From: Candidatus Thalassospirochaeta sargassi | GTDB lineage: Bacteria; Spirochaetota; Spirochaetia; UBA9216 | DNA length: 64,000 bases | Reading direction: 5' to 3' | Assembly: GCA_028532855.1 (NCBI GenBank) | Contig: JAQQAL010000044.1 | Coordinates: forward strand, 14,334 to 78,333 | Shown here: one piece after another, positions 30,396 to 40,488 of the stretch | Layout of the letters: every line of letters starts with the position of its first letter | How positions within the stretch are numbered: position 1 is the stretch's first letter | Translations under genes and position numbers: made by a program | Notes under the pieces: model-generated | Databases searched by the model: none | What the model was told of the DNA's origin: nothing | Seen by the model: only the letters and a program-made list of their open reading frames with translations

Positions 30396-32219
30396 ATGTG
30401 TGGAATAGTTGGATATTGCGGAGAAAAAGATGCTGCAGGAATCCTTGTTGAAGGTTTAAAAAGACTAGAATATCGGGGGTATGATTCATCAGGAATCAGT
30501 GTCGGATATAATGATAAATTATCAATAATAAAAAAGAAAGGGAAGATCAGTAATCTTCAGGCAGCTGTTCCTTCAGATATGCCCGGAACCTTTGGAATCG
30601 GCCATACAAGATGGGCGACACACGGAGAAGTTAACGATCTTAACGCTCATCCGCATTCGGATAACAGCGGGAAGATTACTATCGTACATAACGGAATAAT
30701 CGAGAACTATATTTCAATCAGAAAGAAACTGAAAGATGAAGGTGTGAAGTTTATAACTGAAACGGATTCTGAAGTAATAGCCCAGCTTGTCTCAAAATTT
30801 TATGAAGGTGATCTTGAAAAGGCTGTAAAAGAAGCTCTGAAGCATCTTAAGGGAACCTACGGCATTGTTGCCATACATGCAGATGAACCCAACCGCCTTA
30901 TCGGAGCAAGAAACGGTTCTCCGCTTGTGCTCGGTATCGGAGAAGGTGAAATGTTCCTCGCCTCTGATGTTACAGCCATGATATCCTACACAAAACAGGT
31001 TGTTTATATGGAAGACGGTGATGTAGTTGTAGTTGATAAGGATGGTTTTAGAACAACTGATATTCGCGACAATGAACGCGATAAAGAAATCAGCACAGTC
31101 GGCTGGGATGTCGGTGAAATGGAGAAAGAAGGCTATCCAACCTTCATGGAGAAAGAAATCTTTGAACAGCCTCAGGCTGTACTCCGCGGTATGAAAGGGC
31201 GTCTGGATCCTGATCAGGGCACAGCAAAACTCGGCGGACTTAACATGACCAACCGTGAGCTGCGAATGGTTAACCGGGTAATAATTCTTGCTGCCGGCAC
31301 CTCGTCCTATTCAGCAATGACCTGTGCCTACCTTCTTGAAAAAATCGCCCGTATACCTGCGAGCGCCGAGCTCAGTTCGGAAATAAGATATAAAAACCCG
31401 ATAGTTGATCCCGGCACCCTCTATTTTGTGGTCTCGCAGTCGGGCGAAACCGCCGATTCCCTTTACGCAATGAGAGAGCTTCAAAGAAAGGGTGCAACTG
31501 TCCTTGGGATCTGTAATGTTGTAGGCTCAACAATACCCCGTGAATCTGACGGCGGCGTATACATTCACTCGGGACCTGAAATTGCCGTCGCCTCAACCAA
31601 AGCTTTCACCTCCCAGCTTACAGCAATGTATCTGTTCAGTCTGATAATGGCACGAATGCGCGACATGTCTATCTCAAAAGGTAAAGCCTTTGTGGACGCG
31701 TTGAGTATGGTTCCAGAAAATATCAACAAGGTTCTTGAGCAGAATGAGTATATAAAAACCATAGCTGATAAGTACGCCGACTGTCATTCATTTTTCTTTC
31801 TGGGCAGAGGATTAACCTATCCGATAGCTCTTGAAGGCGCACTTAAGCTCAAAGAGATTTCCTATATTCATGCAGAAGGTTATACCGCCGGAGAACTTAA
31901 ACACGGACCGATAGCCCTTATTAATGAAGTTACTCCATCAGTATTCCTTGTGCCGGACGACAGCCTGCGGGAGAAAATTATTTCGAACATGAAGGAAGTA
32001 AAAGCTCGAAAAGGCCCGATAATTGCTGTTGCAGTTGAAGGAGACACCGATGTTGCAGATATCGCCGATGAGGTGATATATGTACCGAAGGCCCATGAAC
32101 TTATGTACCCCTTTTCGATGGTCGTTGCCCTGCAGGTTTTTGCCTATCACACAGCAGTAGCTCTTGATCGAAACGTCGATCAGCCCCGTAACCTGGCTAA
32201 GTCGGTTACGGTGGAATAG
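30396..32219 (+). CDS. glmS: Glutamine--fructose-6-phosphate aminotransferase
   Basis: MCGIVG, LEYRGYDS, GHTRWATHG, SQSGETAD, VASTKAFT, PRNLAKSVTVE. Confidence 0.97.
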   Translation: MCGIVGYCGEKDAAGILVEGLKRLEYRGYDSSGISVGYNDKLSIIKKKGKISNLQAAVPSDMPGTFGIGHTRWATHGEVNDLNAHPHSDNSGKITIVHNGIIENYISIRKKLKDEGVKFITETDSEVIAQLVSKFYEGDLEKAVKEALKHLKGTYGIVAIHADEPNRLIGARNGSPLVLGIGEGEMFLASDVTAMISYTKQVVYMEDGDVVVVDKDGFRTTDIRDNERDKEISTVGWDVGEMEKEGYPTFMEKEIFEQPQAVLRGMKGRLDPDQGTAKLGGLNMTNRELRMVNRVIILAAGTSSYSAMTCAYLLEKIARIPASAELSSEIRYKNPIVDPGTLYFVVSQSGETADSLYAMRELQRKGATVLGICNVVGSTIPRESDGGVYIHSGPEIAVASTKAFTSQLTAMYLFSLIMARMRDMSISKGKAFVDALSMVPENINKVLEQNEYIKTIADKYADCHSFFFLGRGLTYPIALEGALKLKEISYIHAEGYTAGELKHGPIALINEVTPSVFLVPDDSLREKIISNMKEVKARKGPIIAVAVEGDTDVADIADEVIYVPKAHELMYPFSMVVALQVFAYHTAVALDRNVDQPRNLAKSVTVE

Positions 32220-32417
32220 TTTTAGACAGTCGGGGATTGCATCAGACAGCTATCCTCGACTTTTCTCTTATATAAGATTTCCCAATCATTTCAATCCGTT
32301 GCTCATTCTGCCCAGAATGTATTATTATGATATCGGTACAAACTTGATAATGTCAGAGCATCCCTTAAACATTATGGAAAATAGAAAAAAAATATTATAA
32401 TTAAACGAGATGATATT

Positions 32418-33941
32418 ATGAACAATCTAATTTTACCGATGGAAATTGCCTTTATTCTCGTTTTTTCCTCAGCTATGATTTTCTTCCTGGCCTCATGGAC
32501 ATATGGAAGGAGAAAAAAAGTTGCGGGGGCTTATGAATTATCATTTTTCCTTTTTGCTACAGGATTATATTCCTCCGGCTACGCGCTTGAGATAACAAGT
32601 TCAACACTAGAGGAGGTTTTCTGGGCTTTGCGTCTGCAATTCATCGGGCTGCCATTTCTTTCGTTTTCCTTCCTGGTCTTTTCACTGAGGTTTGTCGGTG
32701 GCAAAACCCTTCCCGGTATTGTAAAGCGATTATTGTTGGTTATCCCTATTGTAACTACGGTTCTAGTTTTGACTATTGAAAAACATAGTTGGTTCTATCG
32801 TGACGCATATATCTCTTTTTCCGGCCGCTTTCCTGTGCTCGAATATGAACCCGGCCCCTGGTATGGCGTAAACTTTTTATATTTAATAATTATTTCGTTG
32901 ATTTCAGAGTTTGTGCTGGTCTACGGGGTAGTAAAATCCCGATCTGTTAAGCGGAAGCAATGCATACTTGTTCTTATCTCGGGAATCCTTCCGAGTTCTT
33001 CAGGTATATTAACTCCGGAAAGATTTTACGGTATTGATCTTCAGCCTTTCATGCTTACCGGTACATGTATATTAATTGCCGTCGCACTGTTTCGATACGG
33101 TATGCTTGAACTGGTACCGCATGCCCGGGATACAGCTGTAGATTCAATTGATGAAATGCTGCTGGTAACTGATTCAGCCGGCATATTACTTGACATGAAT
33201 GCTTCAGCAGCGAAATCAGAGTTATTCGGGGAGATAAAGGTTGGAGATCCTCTAAAACTTTTCAATGAATTCGCGTCCCGCTCAGATAAAGAGGGCGAGG
33301 CTGTTCGGCACAGGTTTGAATTCGGCGATAGAACATATGATATTCATATGCATCAGGTCGACTCCGGAAGTATCAACAGGGGGGGCTGGGCGATTATCAT
33401 CCGTGATATTACCGAAATTTTTAGTTTAATGAATAAACTTGAACACCAGGCAATTTATGATGACTTGACAGGTTTGTTTAACAGAAGACATATAATGGAA
33501 CTCGCCAACCGGGAATTAGATATTGCCCGTCGCGGCGGCAGGACTCTGACTGTTATACTGATGGATATTGATAAGTTCAAGGATATTAATGATACATATG
33601 GTCATATCACCGGTGATACAGTTTTAAAAGAACTCGGCAGGGTTCTTCACAAAGCCATGCGTGTATCCGACCAGGTTGGACGCTATGGTGGAGAGGAATT
33701 TATTATTATCTGCCCCGAAACAAATCCCGATGCCGGTATTGCGGTTGCCGAGAGGCTTAGAGAATCCATTGAAAAAATCAGCTTTAATTTTGAGGGTGAA
33801 AAAGTAGTGGTAACGGCAAGTTTCGGTGTATTTACAGCCGCTGTAGATTCGGAGGCAATTCTTGATCCCTTTCTTGCAAATGCCGACAGGGCTTTATACA
33901 GGGCAAAAGAACTCGGGCGCAACAGGGTTGAAACGATATGA
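32418..33941 (+). CDS. Diguanylate cyclase with N-terminal HisKA_7TM membrane sensor and PAS
   Basis: Seven hydrophobic segments, DDLTGLFNRR, DIDKFKDINDTYGH..GD, I-site RVSD and RYGGEEF. Confidence 0.92.
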   Translation: MNNLILPMEIAFILVFSSAMIFFLASWTYGRRKKVAGAYELSFFLFATGLYSSGYALEITSSTLEEVFWALRLQFIGLPFLSFSFLVFSLRFVGGKTLPGIVKRLLLVIPIVTTVLVLTIEKHSWFYRDAYISFSGRFPVLEYEPGPWYGVNFLYLIIISLISEFVLVYGVVKSRSVKRKQCILVLISGILPSSSGILTPERFYGIDLQPFMLTGTCILIAVALFRYGMLELVPHARDTAVDSIDEMLLVTDSAGILLDMNASAAKSELFGEIKVGDPLKLFNEFASRSDKEGEAVRHRFEFGDRTYDIHMHQVDSGSINRGGWAIIIRDITEIFSLMNKLEHQAIYDDLTGLFNRRHIMELANRELDIARRGGRTLTVILMDIDKFKDINDTYGHITGDTVLKELGRVLHKAMRVSDQVGRYGGEEFIIICPETNPDAGIAVAERLRESIEKISFNFEGEKVVVTASFGVFTAAVDSEAILDPFLANADRALYRAKELGRNRVETI

Positions 33942-35776
33942 CTTCTCTCCGGGACAAAATAATGCGTAAATACGAGAACTCGGATTTGATTATCAAGCGA
34001 AAGATTACAGCTTTCGCTATAGCACTGACTACGCTTATTTTCGGATTGAGCGTCTATCTGCTGTTTCAGATTATTACGGGAACTCCATACCTCAGTGATT
34101 TGAATTTTATCTGGCTTACTATGTTGTTGTTGGTAGGCTCTTTCTTCCTGTTCTCGAATGGACATTTTTATCTATCGGCTAATCTCGTTCTTTTTTTAAT
34201 GCTGGGGGTTACAACGCTGATTGTATTCAGAGCTGAAACCCTGAATGAACTTAAAATATATAATCTTGCTTTTCTGCAGTCAATTGCGATTATCTTCAGC
34301 ATTCTTGTTGCGGAGAAACGGCGTCAGATAATTCTTGTCGGTTGCGGATCTTTGACGGCGATTACGTTTTTTCTTATATTCAGACTGCTTCCGGTGGCGG
34401 TGTCGGCTGAACCGTATATATCAACCTTTGTAACAACCGCGATCTTCATTTTGATGGAATCCTGGATCGGGGTGCAGGTTTATAATCTTCTTAATTCAAC
34501 ACTTGAAGAAATCAGGCTCAATCTTGAGCATGATGAGTTTACTAATCTGCCGAACGACAAGATGATGAATCGGATGATCATGCATCAAAAAGTATGGGGT
34601 GATAACTTCACCCTGGTCTTTTATCATCTTGTGAATCTGACAGAGCTTGTATTGATTTTTGGAGTGTCCAATGCGCATAAGGTTTTGGGGGAAGTCGCGG
34701 AGATAATTAGGACGAACTATGAATCTGATGTTTTTGCTGTTTCAAATGATGTTGTCTGTGTTGTGTCCTCTCATGGCAGAACCCGAACTGGGGAAATAGA
34801 CAAGTCAGTGCATAAAATCCTGATGGATCCTATCGAGTGTTTGTCATTTAAAGTACGTGTAAAATATAATAGTGCAATAGTTGAGTCTTCAAGATGGACG
34901 TTCGCTCTGGAAAAGGAATTAAACAAGGGGCTTCTCGCAATTTATCATGCAGGCCAGAAGGGTCTGAGGACTGTAGATTTTCAGAACTCAGGAGAAGATG
35001 ATATGCGGGAGCATCTTAAAATGCTGCTTGACCTCAGTGCCGCAATAGCAAAAGGAAATTTCAAGGTTGTTTATCAGCCGCTTTATAACTCAGAGAAGGA
35101 GATCATCGGATATGAGGCTCTGACTCGATGGATGAGGCCCGGCGGGACTAAGGTCAGCCCTGCCGTTTTTATTCCATTGCTGGAGAAAGCCGGAATGATG
35201 AACGATTTCTTTGCAATGATGTTCTCAATAGTAGTAGCTGATATTACCAGTTATAGTTTTATAACACCCGAGCGCCCTGTTTTTATAAATTTGTCTCAGG
35301 AACTCATAAACAACAATTTTAATTTTTACAGAGTAATTAAAATGATTGATGAAGCCGGGATCCCCAGGTCCGCAATCGGTTTTGAAATAACCGAAACCTC
35401 CATGGCTTCTGATACAGAGAAGGTTCACAAATTAATAATGTTTCTCAGAGAAGGTGGGTTTAAGATAGCGCTCGATGATTTCGGTATGGGCTATTCCAAT
35501 ATCTCTCAGATTTTAAAAGAGTCTTTTTATAAAATAAAATTTGACAGATCCTTGATAGAGAATATCAGTTTTGATGAAAAGAAGTTAAAGCTTCTTGATT
35601 CGCTCCTGAACTTTTTCAATATTTTCGGTTACAAAACCCTTATTGAGGGGGTTGAGACAGTAGAGGAATGGGAACTGCTGAAAAGTTTTCAGTTCAGTGA
35701 GTTTCAGGGATATCATCTATCGATTCCCCTCACCCCCGAAGAGCTTATTTTAGAAGGTCTTTACAACAGCAGTTAG
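33938..35776 (+). CDS. Membrane EAL phosphodiesterase with a degenerate GGDEF domain
   Basis: Multiple TM helices, DEFTNLPN without a GGDEF motif, then YQP, EAL, EITET, DDFGMGYS, EGVET. ATGA overlap with the cyclase. Confidence 0.88.
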   Translation: MTSLRDKIMRKYENSDLIIKRKITAFAIALTTLIFGLSVYLLFQIITGTPYLSDLNFIWLTMLLLVGSFFLFSNGHFYLSANLVLFLMLGVTTLIVFRAETLNELKIYNLAFLQSIAIIFSILVAEKRRQIILVGCGSLTAITFFLIFRLLPVAVSAEPYISTFVTTAIFILMESWIGVQVYNLLNSTLEEIRLNLEHDEFTNLPNDKMMNRMIMHQKVWGDNFTLVFYHLVNLTELVLIFGVSNAHKVLGEVAEIIRTNYESDVFAVSNDVVCVVSSHGRTRTGEIDKSVHKILMDPIECLSFKVRVKYNSAIVESSRWTFALEKELNKGLLAIYHAGQKGLRTVDFQNSGEDDMREHLKMLLDLSAAIAKGNFKVVYQPLYNSEKEIIGYEALTRWMRPGGTKVSPAVFIPLLEKAGMMNDFFAMMFSIVVADITSYSFITPERPVFINLSQELINNNFNFYRVIKMIDEAGIPRSAIGFEITETSMASDTEKVHKLIMFLREGGFKIALDDFGMGYSNISQILKESFYKIKFDRSLIENISFDEKKLKLLDSLLNFFNIFGYKTLIEGVETVEEWELLKSFQFSEFQGYHLSIPLTPEELILEGLYNSS

Positions 35777-35816
35777 TCGGGGCATAATTGACTTTTAAAG
35801 TATTGCATAGCCGGAG

Positions 35817-37013
35817 TTGATTTTGAGCGAAAGTATTTTTTTTGAGATTGAGAACGAACTTCACAGAATACTGGATTACTGGCGGAGCCTGGAGGATGAA
35901 CATTACGGCGGGTTTATAGGCCGCGTCAGCCACAACCTGACGGTGGATTATGAAGCTGATAAAAGCGGAATTGCTGCTGTCCGGAATTTGTGGGCATTTT
36001 CCAGGGCTCATCATCTTACCGACGAAACTCACTATCTGAAAATGGCGGAGCATGCCTATGCTTTTTTTGCGAGGCATTTTCTGGATAGCCTCCACGGGGG
36101 CATCTACTGGGGCGCTGATTTTGAAGGTACGATTAAAGATGATAGAAAGCATATTTATCTGCAGGCCTTCGGCATTTATGCCTTAAGCGAATATTATCTC
36201 GCAAGCGGTACCCGGCGAGCACTTGAGCATGCAATGAAGATATGGCATCTGATTGAAGAGAGAGGATTTGATTCAGAGCACGGCTGCTATATGGAAGAGT
36301 TCTCAAGGGAATGGAGGAAGCTCGATAATCAACTTCTCAGTGAGAACGGAGTAAATGCTGAAATAACCGCTAATACCCATCTTCATCTTCTGGAAGCATA
36401 TACAAGCCTGTATCGGGCAATGCCAACCAAGCCGGTGCGGGAAGCTATTGTAAGAATACTCGATATTTTTTCTGATAGAATTTTTTCATCAGAGAATCAT
36501 CATCTCAGGATCTTTCTCGACAAAGACTGGAATGAATTAATCGATCTAAGATCATTCGGACATGATATTGAAGCAAGCTGGCTGGTAGACGAGGCATTGA
36601 AGCTTCTGTCGTTAAAGGAGCCTAGGTATCATGAAATGGTAACCGCTCTTGCTGAGCAGGTTCTTGAATCAGCTGTTGAACCGGACGGCAGTGTTGTTAA
36701 TGAAGCCGAGAATGGGGAGGTTGACCGGAGGAGGATTTGGTGGGTCCAGGCTGAAGCTGCTGTAGGTTTTTTTAATGCATGGGAGAAGACAGAGGATTCC
36801 AGATTTTACGATGCCTTCATAAAAAGCTGGGGTTACATCTCTGACAGTATTATTGACCGCCGCCCCGGAGGAGAATGGCTCTACGGCCGGACCCCTGACG
36901 GCGAACCTATAAAGAAAGATGTCGCGGCATCATGGAAAGCCCCTTATCATAACAGTCGTTGCTGCATGGAGCTGCGCAGCAGGGCTGTTAAAGCAGGTTT
37001 CCTGCGCCTCTGA
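35817..37013 (+). CDS. Cellobiose 2-epimerase / AGE family
   Basis: GGFIGR, YLQAFGIY, NTHLHLLEAY, SFGHDIEASWL, WWVQAEA, WKAPYHNSR. Confidence 0.88.
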   Translation: MILSESIFFEIENELHRILDYWRSLEDEHYGGFIGRVSHNLTVDYEADKSGIAAVRNLWAFSRAHHLTDETHYLKMAEHAYAFFARHFLDSLHGGIYWGADFEGTIKDDRKHIYLQAFGIYALSEYYLASGTRRALEHAMKIWHLIEERGFDSEHGCYMEEFSREWRKLDNQLLSENGVNAEITANTHLHLLEAYTSLYRAMPTKPVREAIVRILDIFSDRIFSSENHHLRIFLDKDWNELIDLRSFGHDIEASWLVDEALKLLSLKEPRYHEMVTALAEQVLESAVEPDGSVVNEAENGEVDRRRIWWVQAEAAVGFFNAWEKTEDSRFYDAFIKSWGYISDSIIDRRPGGEWLYGRTPDGEPIKKDVAASWKAPYHNSRCCMELRSRAVKAGFLRL

Positions 37014-37482
37014 TAAAGACTGCCGCTATTATCCCGCTTACCGTAAGTTTAACAATTATGCCCAGGATGGTTCCTGTGAACACAGCCAGAGCGGCTTTCA
37101 GGGGGTTCTGGTTCTCTCTGTTGAATATAGCTTCGCCGGCGAGGGCACCTGTGAATGCGCCAATAATCACCCCAAGGGGAGGGAAGAATATCATACCGAT
37201 TATCATGCCTATGATACTTCCCCAGATGCCGGCCTTGCCTGCTCCCGCTTTTTTTGATGACAATACAGGGAAAATGTTATCAAGTATCTGAGACAGAACT
37301 GCTGCAGCAGCAAGAATTATCAGGGTAGCAGGCTTAAACAGGGTGAATCCCGCGGGGATGGATACCAGGATGAGGGCTGTGTAGCTGAGAACCGGGCCCG
37401 GCAATACAGGGACAACACAACCGATAAACCCGGTTAGCAGTAAAACTGCTCCTAATACAATCATTACAATATCAAAAACCAT
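36988..37482 (-). CDS. DUF456 family membrane protein
   Basis: G.VVPVLPGP, KKAGAGKAGIWGSIIG, PPLGVIIGAF.GA..GE. Confidence 0.85.
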   Translation of the reverse strand: MVFDIVMIVLGAVLLLTGFIGCVVPVLPGPVLSYTALILVSIPAGFTLFKPATLIILAAAAVLSQILDNIFPVLSSKKAGAGKAGIWGSIIGMIIGMIFFPPLGVIIGAFTGALAGEAIFNRENQNPLKAALAVFTGTILGIIVKLTVSGIIAAVFIRGAGNLL

Positions 37483-37610
37483 AAATAGATTATATCACAT
37501 ATAAAGGATAATTTATTATTGATTTACTCATAGGTTTTTATTATAGTAAAAAAGTAATCTTTTTTGTTCCTCCCGGGTTATATAACAGATGTAAACAGGT
37601 GCAGGAGATT

Positions 37611-37733
37611 TTGAATGAACTTATCCGGTCAGGTTTTGATAAGACGGCTGCATTAATCGACTGGGAGTATGAGGACGGTGAGATGTTGGAGAATGTAATA
37701 ATAACAACGAGGGCGAAATATCAACTCGATTAG
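37611..37733 (+). CDS. Possible 40-aa small ORF upstream of menA
   Basis: AGGAG close to TTG 37611. Reads MNELIRSGFDKTAALIDWEYEDGEMLENVIITTRAKYQLD*. Confidence 0.3.
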   Translation: MNELIRSGFDKTAALIDWEYEDGEMLENVIITTRAKYQLD

Positions 37734-38637
37734 AATATTTTTGAGCATAGTTGAAATGCGGACAAAGCTGGTAAGTATGGCTGTTCTTGCCTGTGCGTCA
37801 CTTGCTTCCGCAGTTTATCTGCTGGAGCAAGGCGCTCCTTTCCCCTGGATGAATTGGCTTCTAATGTTGTTTGCCACCCTTGCAGTTGATATGGGAACCA
37901 CGGGTTTTAATACCTATTTCGACTTTGTAAAGGGAGTCGATCGCAAAGAAACAAACCACGAAGAGATGAAGGTTCTTGTACATGAGGGAGTCTCGCCTTC
38001 GCAGGCGTTTCTTTCTTCTATAGTTCTCTTCGCAATTGCCGTTATCCTTGGATTAGCTATTACAATCCGAACAGGCTGGGCTGTAGCAGCTTCAGGTTCT
38101 ATCTGCATGCTCGTAGGTTTTTTTTACAGTGCGGGCCCCAAACCCATCTCTCATACACCTTTCGGGGAGTTATTCTCCGGCGGTTTTCTCGGTTCTGCTC
38201 TGTTCTGCATAAGCTGGTTTGTTCTAACTGATGATTTCTCTGTAAAGCCTTTTTTGTTTTCTGTTCCGTTATGGCTGATGATTTCAGGTATACTGACAGT
38301 TAATAATAATTGTGACCTCGAGAGCGACAAGGCTGCAGGGCGTCGAACAATGTCTATTGTATTCGGTCTAAAAGGAGGGCGCATCCTTTTGTTCTGTGAA
38401 TATATAGCAGCAATTGCCCTGCTTCTTATCATGCAGTACGGGATGCAAATTTATCCGAAAGGAATACCCCTTGTTACACTATCGCTTATCATTTTATTGA
38501 TTGTTGAATTTATTTTTCTGGAACGCAGGGGGTTCAGCTTATTGGTAAAGGGGCCTGCAATGGGAAGCATTTTAAATATCTTTTTAACTGGTGCTGTTCT
38601 TGTCGCTTATCCATTGGCTGTGAATCTGCTGACCTAA
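37720..38637 (+). CDS. menA: UbiA-family prenyltransferase, MenA-like
   Basis: EMRTK, FNTYFDFVKGVD, YSAGPKPIS.TPFGE, NNNCDLESDKAAGRRT. Start is uncertain (ATC 37720 or TTG 37741). Confidence 0.8.
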   Translation: MNSIRIFLSIVEMRTKLVSMAVLACASLASAVYLLEQGAPFPWMNWLLMLFATLAVDMGTTGFNTYFDFVKGVDRKETNHEEMKVLVHEGVSPSQAFLSSIVLFAIAVILGLAITIRTGWAVAASGSICMLVGFFYSAGPKPISHTPFGELFSGGFLGSALFCISWFVLTDDFSVKPFLFSVPLWLMISGILTVNNNCDLESDKAAGRRTMSIVFGLKGGRILLFCEYIAAIALLLIMQYGMQIYPKGIPLVTLSLIILLIVEFIFLERRGFSLLVKGPAMGSILNIFLTGAVLVAYPLAVNLLT

Positions 38638-38806
38638 GACTTTTGAACATCAATTAGCTGCATGCAATGACATTTTCCGCTTTTTTTAGCTGATTTTTGA
38701 GTTCGGAATCTATAGCTGTCATCATTATAATTATATAAGAGACAAATACTATTTAAAAACGATTACTGCTGTTGATCGAAAAAACTTAAAGTGTTAAATA
38801 GAGATT

Positions 38807-39418
38807 ATGACGCTGTATACTGCAATTATAACCCTAATCCTGATTATGGATCCATTCGGGAACATACCGCTGTTTCTCTCTACTCTAAGCGTGTTCGAGC
38901 CGAAGCGACGAAGATGGATAATACTGCGTGAGAGCGTCTTTGCATTCTTTGTGCTGTTGTTTTTCCTGTATTTCGGTCGTTTCATCCTGCAGGGACTTCA
39001 TATATCGCAACCGGCATTAAGTATCTCAGGCGGAATAATTCTGTTTATAATCGCTATAAGAATGATCTTTCCTGAGAAGCCCGGTGTGGTATCAAGTACT
39101 AATAGTAACAGCGCTGATAGCGAAGAATCCTTTGAAGAACCAATCTTTGTTCCGCTTGCAGTCCCTATGCAGGCCGGTCCATCGGCAATGGCTTACATAA
39201 TTCTGTCATCAAGCCAATACCCTGATCAGCTTCCTATGCTGACAATTGCACTTCTTGCTTCAAGTCTTGTCTCTACAACAGTACTGATCCTTTCTGATTT
39301 TCTAAGGAAGATTCTCGGTAATCAGGCTCTGCGTGCGATAGAACGTCTTATGGGTATGATATTGACGACAATGGCTATACAGATGCTTCTTACAGGAATT
39401 TCAGATTATATCAGTTAA
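38807..39418 (+). CDS. MarC/YhgN family membrane protein
   Basis: IMDPFGNIP, ISGGIILF, VPLAVP..AGP, ERLMGMIL. Confidence 0.9.
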   Translation: MTLYTAIITLILIMDPFGNIPLFLSTLSVFEPKRRRWIILRESVFAFFVLLFFLYFGRFILQGLHISQPALSISGGIILFIIAIRMIFPEKPGVVSSTNSNSADSEESFEEPIFVPLAVPMQAGPSAMAYIILSSSQYPDQLPMLTIALLASSLVSTTVLILSDFLRKILGNQALRAIERLMGMILTTMAIQMLLTGISDYIS

Positions 39419-39459
39419 AATTTTTCGTTTGCTATGGTAAAATTGAGTCAGGTGAAAAA

Positions 39460-39921
39460 GTGAAGTTTGGTATATATATACTGCTGTTAATATTATTTTT
39501 AACCTTTCCAGTCTCGGCCTCGGATGAGGAGCCTGCTATTCTTGTCCGCGGACCAATACCGCATAGGGGCATTGAATATCTCGGGGTTAACGCAATTGAT
39601 TCTCAATACGGTGAATATGTCTATGATGAGCATCGGATATACCTGTATTATACAGATGAACCGATAGTTTTATCGGTTAGCTGGGAAAAAGCTGAGTGCG
39701 GTATTGAAGGTCTAAGCCGGCTGGTGGTATCTGATGCTCAGCCGGTTTACTCGTATACAGACAGCAAGGGCTGGACGGTATTTTTCAGTTTTGATGAGGA
39801 CTCAGGCTACATCTGCAGATTCATTGAACAATATCGAAGCAGACAGAATTATTTTCTCAATATAGCCAGAGACGAAATCGGTTTTTCATTTCCCGCCCTT
39901 CTTGATATTGATCGGGAGTAA
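39460..39921 (+). CDS. Secreted hypothetical protein
   Basis: Signal-peptide-like N-terminus ending in VSA. Confidence 0.55.
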   Translation: MKFGIYILLLILFLTFPVSASDEEPAILVRGPIPHRGIEYLGVNAIDSQYGEYVYDEHRIYLYYTDEPIVLSVSWEKAECGIEGLSRLVVSDAQPVYSYTDSKGWTVFFSFDEDSGYICRFIEQYRSRQNYFLNIARDEIGFSFPALLDIDRE

Positions 39922-39924
39922 AAA

Positions 39925-40479
39925 GTGAACATTCTTGAAGAGGTTTTAACGCGGGAACATGCTATGCTTATGGCCGTAAATGCTGAGGGGGATCCGGAAT
40001 GCCGCAAGCACGCTGATGAGTTTAAAAAGCATAGGAGTGCTCAGTTTTCAGTCTGGTTTGAAGCGACGCTTGAATCATATCTAGATGATCTCATGGTTGC
40101 GGAAGCGGAAAACAGGAATCTAATGACCTATAAGTACGCCCGTATGGATAATTTGATACCGTCCGAAAACAATGATCCGCTTATTGAAACTATAACTGCT
40201 ATTCAGATAGCATGGCAGTTGGAAATGGCTGAAAAGTATCCAGGGCTTATGAAAAATGCCCGCGGTATTGTTTCCGCCGAAAATTCAGAGCTGTCAGTCA
40301 CATTCGCCGGCTATCTTTCAGCTGAACTTGAGAGTTATTCAGGGAAAACGCTGAAGCTTCTTTTTCAGGATATTGAGGGTTATAAAAAAAAAGGCATTAA
40401 CATGTCTGAAAAGATTTACGAAAAACTGATCGCAGATTTCGGTTACAGCTCACTTGCTGATTTCGAGTCTGCAGAATAA
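39925..40479 (+). CDS. DUF4125 family protein
   Basis: F..HRSAQFSVW, LESYLDDL, RNLMTYKYARM, YLSAELESYS, GYSSL. Confidence 0.78.
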   Translation: MNILEEVLTREHAMLMAVNAEGDPECRKHADEFKKHRSAQFSVWFEATLESYLDDLMVAEAENRNLMTYKYARMDNLIPSENNDPLIETITAIQIAWQLEMAEKYPGLMKNARGIVSAENSELSVTFAGYLSAELESYSGKTLKLLFQDIEGYKKKGINMSEKIYEKLIADFGYSSLADFESAE

Positions 40480-40488
40480 GGAGAGTAT

